Positions 36,801 to 47,829 of a stretch of 64,000 bases of DNA are shown one piece after another. A program made the translations under genes and the position numbers. Every line of letters begins with the position of its first letter. Within the stretch, counting starts at the first letter, position 1. The notes under the pieces are model-generated. The model saw only the letters and a program-made list of their open reading frames with translations. It did not search any database and was not told where the DNA came from. This DNA is from Macrostomum hystrix (lineage: Eukaryota; Animalia; Platyhelminthes): assembly GCA_950097015.1 (NCBI GenBank), contig CATNEN010000039.1, forward strand, positions 14,632,001 through 14,696,000, in the 5' to 3' direction.

Positions 36801-38070
36801 GGGAGCTGACACAGTCAGGGAGCTGACACAGTCAGGGAGCTGACACAGTCAGGGAGCTGACACAGTCAGGGAGCTGACACAGTCGACCTACCTGCAGATG
36901 GCAGGCAGTAGCTCAGCCGAGTGAAGACTCAGCTGCAGCACTGCCACCAGGCCGAATGTCTTTGACTCCTGCGAGTAGCGCAGCAGCTGGCTGTGCGGCC
37001 CGGGCTCCAGACGGCTCAGGCAGGGCTCCATGGCCAAGTCGAAATTCAGCTCCGAACACCAGTCGGTGCTGACGTCTGCTCCGGTGGTCCCTGGGAAAAT
37101 ATTTGTCCCAATTTATCCTCCGAATGTCTCAATTATCCCTATCAATAACAAAATGTCCCCGTCCGACCTAAATTATCCCCACCAGTTCCAAATTATCCCA
37201 ATCAGTCCCAAATTATCCCCCACCAGTCTTAAATTATCCCCACCTGTCCCAAATTATCCCAATCAGTCCCAAATTATCCCCACCAGTCGCAAATTATCCC
37301 CTGCAGTCCCAAATTATCCCAACCAGTACCTAATTATCCCCACCTGTCCCACATTATCCCCACCAGTCCCAATTTATCCCCACCAGTTCCTGATTATCCC
37401 CACCTGTACCTAATTATCCCCACCAGTCCCAATTTATCCCCACCAGTTCCTGATTATCCCCACCTGTACCTAATTATCCCCACCAGTCCCAATTTATCCC
37501 CACCAGTTCCTGATTATCCCCACCTGTCCCAAATTATCCCCACCAGTCCCAATTTATCCCCACCAGTTCCTAATTATCCCCACCTGTCCCAAATTATCCC
37601 AACCAGTCCCAATTTATCCCCACCAGTACCTAATTATCCCCACCAGTCGCAAATTATCCCCTACAGTCCCAAAATATCCCCACCAGTACCTAATTATCCC
37701 CACCAGTCCCTATATTTATCCCACATGCCAGACTGTCCCCAATCGTGTAGATTTTCTCACCTTTACCTAAAACTGATTATTATTAATTAATTAGTATTAA
37801 ACTAAGTATCACAATAAACTATATGATCTGTCATTACAAATTTTTCCACTTACATTTTCACTTTTCCTAATTTTACCGATGACATATACTATGTCAAGTT
37901 ATTTGCCAGTTTAAACGCATAGCAAAAAGGCGTGGTTAAAAAACCCGGAAAATTTCAAAACTATGTTACTCACCGGCTGTAGAACTGTGGCAGCTGGGAC
38001 AGTGGGAGTTGAAAATGACAATCAGCACACTGAAAAGCGATCCAAACACAGCCATTTGCTGAGTATGCAT
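33835..38070 (-). CDS. Uncharacterised secreted, probably GPI-anchored cysteine-rich protein (about 477 aa, DUF19-like helical repeats); exons 38070-37974, 37090-36892, 36593-36451, 36371-36105, 35832-35670, 34939-34806, 34265-33835
   Basis: Seven exons join in frame through GT-AG introns (phases 1,2,1,1,2,1) with no stops. N-terminal signal-peptide-like MAVFGSLFSVLIVIF, regularly spaced Cys, and hydrophobic C-terminus SSCCWLLMPILLICVYM preceded by small residues (AADNSET). The family assignment is inference. Confidence 0.82.
34275..34800. repeat. Intronic minisatellite, 15-bp unit GGTGAATTGAGAATC
   Basis: Fills the intron 34266-34805 almost from donor to acceptor. Confidence 0.95.
35160..35570. 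repeat. Degenerate A-rich intronic minisatellite, about 20-bp unit AACTAAAAATCCTGATTCAG
   Basis: Clear 20-bp period at 35380-35560, more decayed elsewhere. Confidence 0.7.
35915..36090. repeat. Intronic minisatellite, 20-bp unit GTCAGGAATCGATAGTGTGG
   Basis: About 8 copies. Confidence 0.85.
36629..36884. repeat. Intronic minisatellite, perfect 17-bp unit AGGGAGCTGACACAGTC
   Basis: 15 identical copies starting 7 nt after the minus-strand donor at 36891. Confidence 0.97.
37105..37725. repeat. Intronic minisatellite, 20-bp unit AAATTATCCCCACCAGTCCC
   Basis: About 30 copies. Confidence 0.93.
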
Positions 38071-38467
38071 TTTGCTTGACCTTCCAGTTTTCAGCTTTAA
38101 ATTGGTCACTTTGGTAGGATGAGACCAAAGATTGCGGGGCCGAGATTCAAGGTCCTTACTTGCCCATTATATTGAGGTTAGCGAGTTTCGAGATAAAATT
38201 CAATAACCTTGGAATTGGAAGCCTGCCCCGCGAAATTGTTTGACCAATGATAGCTCTAGGAAGCTGGCTTGATAAGCACTGATCACATTGCAGGCTAAGC
38301 AGGCACCAAAGAACTTCCAGGGCAAGACTAATTTAAAAAAAAAACAATTTTCTAGTCTACCAATTTATTGTGCTATTGAGATTTTCAGATTACATGTCAC
38401 ACTGTATTGTTAGTAGTATGGTTGATATTAATAAACCAGCTTTTTATCCGCATGTATAATCATTTAC

Positions 38468-38890
38468 ATGCCAGCACAAACTAGAGAACCTACTCCAGAA
38501 CCTACTCCAGCACCTACTCCAGAACCTACTCCAGCACCTACTCCAGAACCTACTCCAGCACCTACTCCAGAACCTACTCCAGAACCTACTCCAGCACCTA
38601 CTCCAGCACCTACTCCAGAACCTACTCCAGAATCTACTCCAGCATCTACGTCAGAATCTACTCCAGAACCTACTCGAGCACCTACTAGAGAACCTACTCC
38701 AGAATCTACTCCCGAATCTACTCAAAAACCTACTCGAGCACCTACTCCAGCACCTACTCCAGAACCTACTCGAGCACCTACTCCAGCACCTACTCCAGAA
38801 CCTACTCGAGCAGCTACTCCAGCACCTACTCCAGAACCTACTCCAGCACCTACTCCAGAAATGTCTACTCCATCATCCATCACTACTGAA
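38468..38890 (+). repeat. 12-bp repeat CCTACTCCAG(C/A)A, block 1; possible Pro/Thr mucin-like exon
   Basis: ATG-initiated open frame (PTPA/PTPE)n ending at a consensus donor GAA|GTAAGT at 38890. Coding status is unproven. Confidence 0.5.
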
Positions 38891-39875
38891 GTAAGTACTA
38901 CACAAAATCCTAAAAAGCTGCCTCAGGACCGGATATAATCCGGAAAATGCCGAGTTGAAAAGCGAAAGCAAAAAAAAGTTGGATGAATTTTATTTAGCTG
39001 CAAAGCGAGAGTAATTAGTAGACTGAAAGCAGATATGGAAAGCCACGCACACACACACACACCTGTTAAGCATATGTTGCAGAAAAGGACTGCGTCAAAG
39101 TCAGCTGTATTTTTTCTTGCTTTAATAAAAAGACGACGAAATCTTCGTGTGGTTGGATGAAATCCCGGACCATACATCCCCACAATTACCATCTCCCTTA
39201 CTCCTTTAAGTTCGGTTTTCTCCGGTATAGATAAAAAATCTATTCAACCGTCAACAGAGTTGGAGAAAATGAAGGCAGGACAAAATTGGAATGGGGGAAA
39301 TTTATCCTCTAGCCATAGTAGGCAAGCCAGTCAGTTTCACGCCCAGAATGTGCCCAGTATTTTGGCTACAGTGTCACAAGCACTCGGCTAAGCAATCAAT
39401 ATCAGCTGTTGAATAATTACGCATTAAGCATATCTTTTTAATGAATTTCATTTCAATGATAGGCCAGCTGACAATGCTGCACACATTTCTTATCTGAAAA
39501 TTACAATTACTTTCTTGTTAATTTTAGTTGAATGACCAGTGCAAAATACTGAAATTGTCATGCGACTGACAATGGCTTGAGTCGGGAAGCAATTAAGGAT
39601 ATTTGCCTAGCAACGCGCGCACTCAGTTCAGATTTGTTAACTTCGCCCGTTTAAATGCGTCAAATCAAAGTTGTCTGGACCCAAATAATTAAGGTAATGG
39701 GGCGTGACAGCTTAGTATTATTAACAGTAGAAAGACCAGGCCATATCCATCCTTGGGGAAAGATAACAGGGGTAGTTCAAATACCCACTGCCTTCTTCAT
39801 GATAGCTCCCGAACAGAATGTCCGATTTTGATCAAATTTCAACCATGTGGCTCAACATTTTCCATGAGTTACGAT

Positions 39876-40350
39876 GAACCTACTCCAGCACCTACTCCAG
39901 CACCTACTCCAGCACCTACTCCAGCACCTACTCCAGCACCTACTCCAGCACCTACTCCAGCACCTACTCCAGCACCTACTCCAGCACCTACTCAAGCACC
40001 TACTCAAGCACCTACTCCAGCACCTACTCCAGCACCTACTCCAGCACCTACTCCAGCACCTACTCAAGCACCTACTCAAGCACCTACTCCAGCACCTACT
40101 CCAGCACCTACTCCAGCACCTACTCAAGCACCTACTCCAGAATCTACTCCAGCACCTACTCCAGCACCTACTCCAGCACCTACTCCAGCACCTACTCCAG
40201 CACCTACTCAAGCACCTACTCCAGCACCTACTCCAGCACCTACTCCAGCACCTACTCAAGCACCTACTCAAGCACCTACTCCAGAATCTACTCCAGCACC
40301 TACTCCAGCAAGTACTCCAGCACCTACTCCAGCAAGTACTACAGCACCTG
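39876..40350 (+). repeat. 12-bp repeat CCTACTCCAGCA, block 2; possible Pro/Thr mucin-like exon (ORF 39753-40439)
   Basis: Same unit as block 1. The frame stays open through unique flanks on both sides. Confidence 0.5.
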
Positions 40351-41311
40351 AGCAAAAAAGATGCCTAAATTGGTGGTTCTTGCCAGCAGACACTCCGACG
40401 AGAATGGTTGAGTATCGCCCCGATGCCGATGTTTTATGATTGTTTCCTCGGATAAAGCGGAACATTTGAGAATATTTAGGGAGATACAGAAAAAAGTGTG
40501 CGTATTTGAAATATGCCCCTTCTACTGTTAAACAATGGAGTAACTAACACTGTGTTAGCAATCCTCGTGAAAATTATCTGAGTCATAATTTTTATCGATC
40601 TGGAGTTGGATTCTCATACTAAAGAAAGTCTATCCATCATTTAGCAAGGCAACACGGAGAGAAGAGAAAAACAAGAGAAGACCTATCTGACAGGTCAATA
40701 AAAGTGTCAATTGAATTGCCGCAGCTGATCAATGCTGGAAGCCAGTGATAGATTTATGGATTTACTTTAGATTGCCGGCTAATTCTGCTTGGATCGCAAA
40801 TCTCCCGTCCAATCAGAGTGGGGTCTGTCAGAGCCAGCGGCAAGGGATAAGACAGCTCAAAAAATGGAGTGCTGCAAGGAACACGCAGAAATACACGCGG
40901 GATTGTTTCGAGTAGTTGAGCAACAGGCAGCGCGGAGGCAGTTGGGACACTTTCAGAGCTCTCGTCAATCAACCCAGTTCTGGAGAAAGAAACAGCTGCA
41001 GCAAGGTGAGAGAAAAGTACGCATGTTTCATCTCGTAGGCAATTTTCCTGGCACTTTCTAATTAGCTTCTTCTGCCACTGCACTTTGCAATCGCCTTTTG
41101 TACTCAGAATAAGAAGCTCAGCTTAGAGATGCGTTGCTTTTCTGACTCTGTGGGACTCAGTGAGTCTTTTTTTAGGGCGGGTAAGAGACATTAGCAAGTC
41201 TGTGTACAGCTGACCGGTCCATGGACTGGGATGACCCAACGCCCTTCTTCAAGTCGTGAAGAAGGCGTTGTTGTAACCACTGCGCTGCAAAACACTGAGC
41301 CCCTCGGTTGT

Positions 41312-41547
41312 GGGGTCAGTGGCAGAGCGGCTAACGCGTTTGTTACTCGCAGCCGCGGAGAGAAGGCTTAGGGGTTTCTCATGCAATTTACGCCCTTGAG
41401 GGCCAACCTCCAAGGCACAGTTAGAGTGTACACTGCCGGACGATTAGAAAGTCAGGGCAGATGTACACACCTGAGTGAGCGTGTGCTCAGGAGTCAACGA
41501 AATGGGCAGAACTGCCTCCTCGCTGGTCTCGTGTCACCAAATTATTA
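41312..41547 (+). mobile_element. SINE family 1, internally deleted copy just upstream of the GPCR
   Basis: A box AGTGGCAGAGCGG, body GAGGGCCAACCTCCAAGGCACAG...GCTCAGGAGTCA...GCCTCCTCGCTGG, and ATTATTA tail. Confidence 0.8.
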
Positions 41548-41642
41548 AACCTTTGCACGATGAACCAAGATCGTGTCTTTACCGTTAGTTCTCCTGGGCT
41601 TTCAAACTGTCCACCCTCGCATCGCACGCAGGAATCGAGCCC

Positions 41643-42653
41643 ATGGATCAGCAGCAGATTCGACTGCCCGACGAAGCCTGGCTACACGGCGTCCTTCGCG
41701 CCTCGCAGCAGAGCGGCGCCCTGCCGCAGCCGCTGGTTCTTGGCATCAGCCTGTGCCTCGGCGCCCTGGCCCTGGCCGGCATAGCTGGCAACCTCATGGT
41801 CATTGTGTTCTTCCACCGCAGCCTGCGCGACCTGCCTCAGAATGTCTACGTGATTGCCCTGGCTGCCTTGGACCTGATCGTCTGCGCTATTGTCGTTCCG
41901 TCGACTCTCTACCAGGACGTGTGGCGCGAGACCAGCTCCGACTTTGCCTGCAAAGCTTTCCACGTACTGCGCTGTACGTTGATCGTCGCGTCCGCCTTCC
42001 TGCTCTGCCTCATCGCCGTTGACCGCTTCGTCATCATCTGCTTCGTGCCGGGCATCCAGACAGGGCGCCGCAAGTCCATCCTGCTGATCTGCCTGGCTGT
42101 GGCAGCCGGCCTCTGCATCGGCTCGCCTCTTGGCCTGACCACGGGCACGCGGCACCACGTCAGGATCAACGTTGGTCCGGGCGGAAACTTTGGCCAGCCG
42201 CTGACCGTGCCGCACTGCACATCCGACTACAGCATCGTCTCTATGGCAACCCTGAAGGCCTACAAGACCGGCCTGACGGTGCTGTTTCTGCTGCTACTGT
42301 TGCTGATTGTCTTCTTTTACGCCAGCATTTTTCTGTTTGTGCGTCGGCGCCAGATTCGGTGGGCGAAGTCCCGCAGTCTTGTCCAACGGGTGCGCTGCAG
42401 CCAACGAAGCGGAGCTGCGGGCACCTCAGCAGAGTCGGCCACCGCCGCGGCGCCCGGTGTATCCGGCTCGAGTAGACGCAGTTTTTCGACAGTTTCTCGC
42501 CTCGACGACGGCGTCACGGAGGTCACATCGACATGCGGCGCCCGCGGCGGCACCGGCGTTCAGGAGACCAACATCGACGCTGTTATGGACTCCAGTGACG
42601 ACGCAGCGTTGGATGCCAACGGCGATGAAGAAGCTGATGATCAGACCCCTACT

Positions 42654-42684
<31 letters not shown>

Positions 42685-43277
42685 CAATGCTCACTCGCCG
42701 GCAACAGCAGCACCGGCTGAAGTACGCAGCGCAGTCTCACGGACGCGAAGACTCCGTTGTCAGCGGCCGTCTCGCGATGGCGCAGCGGCACCTGTCCGAA
42801 CGCACTCGCAAGAAGCCGCACATTAAAACAGCCAAGGTGCTCAGCATCATCACCTTCTTCTACCTGCTCTCCTACCTGCCATTCTTTCTGGTGTTTCACA
42901 CGCACGAAGCGAGTGGCGCCAGCGATCGGAGCGCGGGTCATCTGGTTCTGGCGTCGGGAACATTGGGAGGTTCGTCGCGACAAAATTCCAGCTCGGCGAT
43001 CAACGCTACGTCTGACGATGAGGCCGCCGCCGGCTTCGGCCGGGTGATTGTCATCGACGGCTCCGACCCGGATGGCGGCGGTGGAGGAGTGAGCTTATCT
43101 CCCGGCTGGCTGAGCAGTGTGCTCACGCAAACACTATTCTATTTCTACTTCATCAACCATGGCGTCAATCCCATAATCTACGGCTGCATGAACACCTACT
43201 TCAAGCAGCAGGTGTGCGGCTTCTGTAACTCCGTCCGGACCTCCTGCACCCGTCCAGCCACAATGGCTCTCGGCTGA
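41643..43277 (+). CDS. Orphan class A (rhodopsin-family) GPCR, single coding exon, 544 aa
   Basis: Seven hydrophobic segments with GN (TM1), LAxxD (TM2), Cys at the top of TM3, IAVDRF, SYLP (TM6) and NHGVNPIIY (TM7). Long ICL3 with polyQ. Confidence 0.93.
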
Positions 43278-43584
43278 GCCGTTGCCCCCATCCTCACCCT
43301 GAGATGTTTATCATTTCTCCATACTGATCTTGGCACCAAACATCACGAATATCACGAACATTCCCAATGTCACAATTTGTCCTTCCGCTATCTCGTCCGA
43401 GTTGCAAATTACTGACCTGACGATTCACAAAATTATCCTCACGAAAAAAACTGCACCTCTGAAAAACCTAAACTAAAAAAGAAAGTAATTTGAAAATGCA
43501 TATCTGCCTTTCACGCGCGTGTCGCGTGCCTGCCTTTCACTCGCGTGTCAAATCATTTCTATTCCTTCAATGCGGAATGAAGAG

Positions 43585-45087
43585 AATGGGATGTCACCTG
43601 TTAGAGTGGGATGTCACCTGTTAGAGTGGGATGTCCCCTGTTAGACTGGGATGTCACCTGTTAGACTGGGATGTCACCTGTTAGACTGGGATGTCCCCTG
43701 TTAGACTGGGATGCCACCAGTTAGACTGGGATGTCCCCTGTTAGACTGGGATGCCACCAGTTAGACTGGGATGTCCCCTGTTAGACTGGGAAGTCACCTG
43801 TTAGACTGGGAAGTTACCTGTTAGTTTGGGATGTCACCAATTAGAGTGGGATGTTCACTGTTAGACTGGGATGCCACCAGTTAGACTGGAAAGTCACCTG
43901 TTAGACTGGTATGTCACCTGTTAGACTCGGATGCCACCAGTTAGACTGGAAAGTCACCTGTTAGACTGGGATGTCACCTGTTAGACTGGAAAGTCACCTG
44001 TTAGACTGGAAAGTCACCTGTTAGACTGGGATGTCACCTGTTAGACTCGGATGTCACCTGTTAGACTCGGATGTCACCTGTTAGACTGGTATGTCACCTG
44101 TTAGACTCGGATGTCACCTGTTAGACTCGGATGTCACCTGTTAGACTGAGATGTCACCTGTTAGACTGGTATGTCACCTGTTAGACTGGGATGTCACCTG
44201 TTCGACTGGGATGTCACCTGTTAGACTGGTATGCCACCAGTTAGACTGGGATGTCCCCTGTTAGACTGGGATGTCACCTGTTAGACTGGGATGCCACCAG
44301 TTAGACTGGGAAGTCACCTGTTAGATTGGGATGTCACCAATTAGAGTGGGATGTTCACTGTTAGACTCGGATGCCACCAGTTAGACTGGGATGCCACCAG
44401 TTAGACTGGGAAGTCACCTGTTAGACTGGTATGTCACCTGTTAGACTCGGATGTCACCTGTTAGACTGAGATGTCACCTGTTAGACTGGGATGTCACCTG
44501 TTAGACTGGGATGTCACCTGTTAGACTGGGATGTCACCTGTTAGACTGGGATGCCACCAGTTAGACTGGAAAATCACCTGTTAGACTGGGATGTCACCTG
44601 TTAGACTGGGATGTCACCTGTTAGACTGGGATGTCACCTGTTAGACTGGGATGTCACCTGTTAGACTGGGATGTCACCTGTTAGACTGGGATGTCACTTG
44701 TTAGACTGGGATGTCACCTGTTAGACTGGGATGCCACCAGTTAGACTGGAAAATCACCTGTTAGACTGGGATGTCACCTGTTAGACTGGGATGTCACCTG
44801 TTAAACTCGGATGTCACCTGTTAGACTGGGATGTCACCTGTTAGACTGGGATGTCACCTGTTAGACTCGGATGTCACCTGTTAGACTGGGATGTCACCTG
44901 TTAGACTCGGATGTCACCTGTTAGACTGGGATGTCACCTGTTAGACTGGGATGTCACCTGTTAGACTCGGATGTCACCTGTTAGACTGGGAAGTCACCTG
45001 TTAGACTGGTATGTCACCTGTTAGACTCGGATGTCACCTGTTAGACTGGGATGTCACCTGTTAGACTGAGATGTCACCTGTTAGACT
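43585..45087. repeat. Minisatellite, 20-bp unit GGGATGTCACCTGTTAGACT, heterogeneous block
   Basis: About 75 copies with many substitution variants and no indels. Confidence 0.96.
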
Positions 45088-45729
45088 TATTGTGGTAATT
45101 TGAACTGTACATAGGCGGTTTTTAACATGTTGTTGTGACATGCGAGCACAATGATTTAGATTATTTGGTAGGGCACTGGGCTGCAGTTTATTACACAAGC
45201 AGATTTTTTCCATAAAATGAGCTCCTCTAGTTCATGTGATATGGAGGCTGAATTGAAGTCTCGCATGACTAATCTAAAGTACATTTTTCATGTCTATTTT
45301 TAGTCTAGGTTCTAGACAGACAAAAGCCAGCGTCTGAGAAGCATTCCGTGATGCACGTTAGAATTAAATATTCACTGCAGCATTACAATAATGTGATCTC
45401 ATTATGTAAAGCGCTGGTAATTAGTGAATTACTCTCAGAGAAAGCGTACCTCTGTCAATATTATGCTCACAGGCAGCAGCAGCAGCAGTCTGTGAGTCTG
45501 ATAGTCACAATGTCTGTCAATTTTTGGCAGAAGCATTGCTCTGAGACACAGCTCTTGATACGCGCTGATATTTTAGAGGCAGAATTATATTGCATTGTTT
45601 CGCTTGAAGACAATAGCAATATAAGCGATTGAGCACATACGACACATATGCCTGGTGTCAACGAGTGGGAACATTAGGGACCGCATTCAGAGCCTTGGCA
45701 TCGTAGATTCGTACTAATGGTCTAGCAAC

Positions 45730-46370
45730 CGCAGGCTCGAACTCATGACCCTATCACCCTAGCCAGCAAAGATTCGACCTCTGTCGCTGTCTTCAAAGAT
45801 TCGAACTCATGACCCTGTCTTGAAAGATTCGAACTTATGACCCTAATAACAAAGATTCGAACTCATGACCCTAATTACAAAGATTCGAACTCATGACCCT
45901 AATTACAAAGATTCGAACTCATGACCCTAATAACAAAGATTCGAACTCATGACCCTAATAACAAAGATTCGAACTCATGACCATGCTAGCAGGGATTCAA
46001 AGTCAGGATCCTATCTTTAAAGATTTGAACTTTTGGCTGTAATCAAGGGTTCGAACTCATGCATCATTCACTCATGCTATGAACTCATGACCTTATTCAA
46101 CAAGGGTTCGAACTCATGCATCATTCACTCATGCTATGAACTCATGACCTTATTCAACAAGGGTTCGAACTCATGCATCATTCACTCATGCTATGAACTA
46201 ATGACCTTATTCAACAAGGGTTCGAACTCATGCATCATTCACTCATGCTATGAACTCATTACCTTAGTCAACAAGGGTTCGAACTCATGCATCATTCACT
46301 CATGCAATGAACTCATGACCTTAGTCAACAAGGATTCGAACTCGTGACCTAGTCAACGCAGATTCAAAAT
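45730..46370. repeat. Tandem repeats built on GATTCGAACTCATGACC: 28-bp units (45845-45985) then 57-bp units (46045-46350)
   Basis: Tandem copies seen directly. The reverse complement GGTCATGAGTTCGAATC resembles a tRNA T-arm / B box. Confidence 0.85.
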
Positions 46371-46676
46371 CATGCATACTTCCTAGAAGTTGATGGGCAA
46401 TCTAAAAATGTAATCTTGTCTGAGATTGAAACAAAATCTAATCAAACAGAGTAAACCAGCTTTCTTTTTCCAGGTATTAATGTTACCTTGATTTGTTTTT
46501 TAATACACTTACCATATCTAATTTTCTGTGAAAGCAGCTAATCTATTAAAAAGGGTAATCTTCACAGACAACTCTTTGAGAACGTCAGTCGGCACAGCGA
46601 TTTGTTTGAAGCCTTCTAAAGTTGCAGTGTCTTATGATTAAGACAGTAACTTTTCAATTAAATTTATTTTAACTTA

Positions 46677-47352
46677 GTCACCTGTTAGACTGGGATGTCA
46701 CCTGTTAGACTGGGATGTCACCAGTTAGACTGGGATGTCACCTGTTAGACTGGGATGTCACCTGTTAGACTGGGATGTCACCTGTTAGACTGGGATGTCA
46801 CCTGTTAGACTGGGATGTCACCTGTTAGACTGGGATGTCACCTGTTAGACTGGGATGTCACCTGTTAGACTAGGATGTCACCTGTTAGACTGGGATGTCA
46901 CCTGTTAGACTGGGATGTCACCTGTTAGACTGGGATGTCACCTGTTAGACTGGGATGTCACCTGTTAGACTAGGATGTCACCTGTTAGACTGGGATGTCA
47001 CCTGTTAGACTGGGATGTCACCTGTTAGACTGGGATGTCACCTGTTAGATTGGGATGTCACCTGTTAGACTGGGATGTCACCTGTTAGACTGGGATGTCA
47101 CCTGTTAGACTGGGATGTCACCTGTTAGACTGGGATGTCACCTGTTAGACTGGGATGTCACCTGTTAGACTGGGATGTCACCTGTTAGACTGGGATGTCA
47201 CCTGTTAGACTGGGATGTCACCAGTTAGACTGGGATGTCACCTGTTAGACTGGGATGTCACCTGTTAGACTGGGATGTCACCAGTTAGACTGGGATGTCA
47301 CCTGTTAGACTGGGATGTCACCTGTTAGACTGGGATGTCACCTGTTAGACTG
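46677..47352. repeat. Minisatellite, same 20-bp unit GGGATGTCACCTGTTAGACT, homogeneous block
   Basis: About 34 nearly identical copies. Confidence 0.96.
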
Positions 47353-47829
47353 GTATGCTGGCTAACATTCCCCAGTTAGCATCTGGGGAAACGAATTAAA
47401 GGAAGATTACTAAGCAGCCGGTGGGAACATGCCAGTTCTAAGAACTTCTGGGCCGAGAAAACGGGAAAAATTATACAGCCAGAAAGATGAAAATTTTCCC
47501 ATTCCCCAGTCGATTGCGGCCCAGAATGCCAGATTGGGGAGAAGCCGTTGCTTGATTCCCCAGCATATATCTACGCAAAATTGGGCTTCGCTTCAACCGG
47601 AGCTAAAAGAAGATTCTTGACCCAGCGCGATGCGGTGAGTGCCTCTCTGCGGGGCTTCAGCGCGGCTGTGGGTGGCTGTAGGTGGCCTCCAGGCAAGGCG
47701 GTCACACACCAGCCACATGGCACTCGAGCTGGGCAATTTTAATTTGCAATTTTCCTATTTTAGACGAATGTGGAATTCTTATAATAAACAATTCATTTCA
47801 CCCGCTCTGTTTCGTTATTAGCTCTGCCG

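Noticed and set aside
40754-41083. Minus-strand ORF with CQENCLRDETCVLF resembling a PAN/apple motif
   Set aside because: The remaining cysteines and a splice context are lacking, so it is probably chance.
1490-47352. TGAC/GTCA core shared by about nine different satellite units
   Set aside because: About nine of roughly 26 arrays is only modestly above chance for a 4-mer on either strand, so it is not supportable without a genome-wide test.
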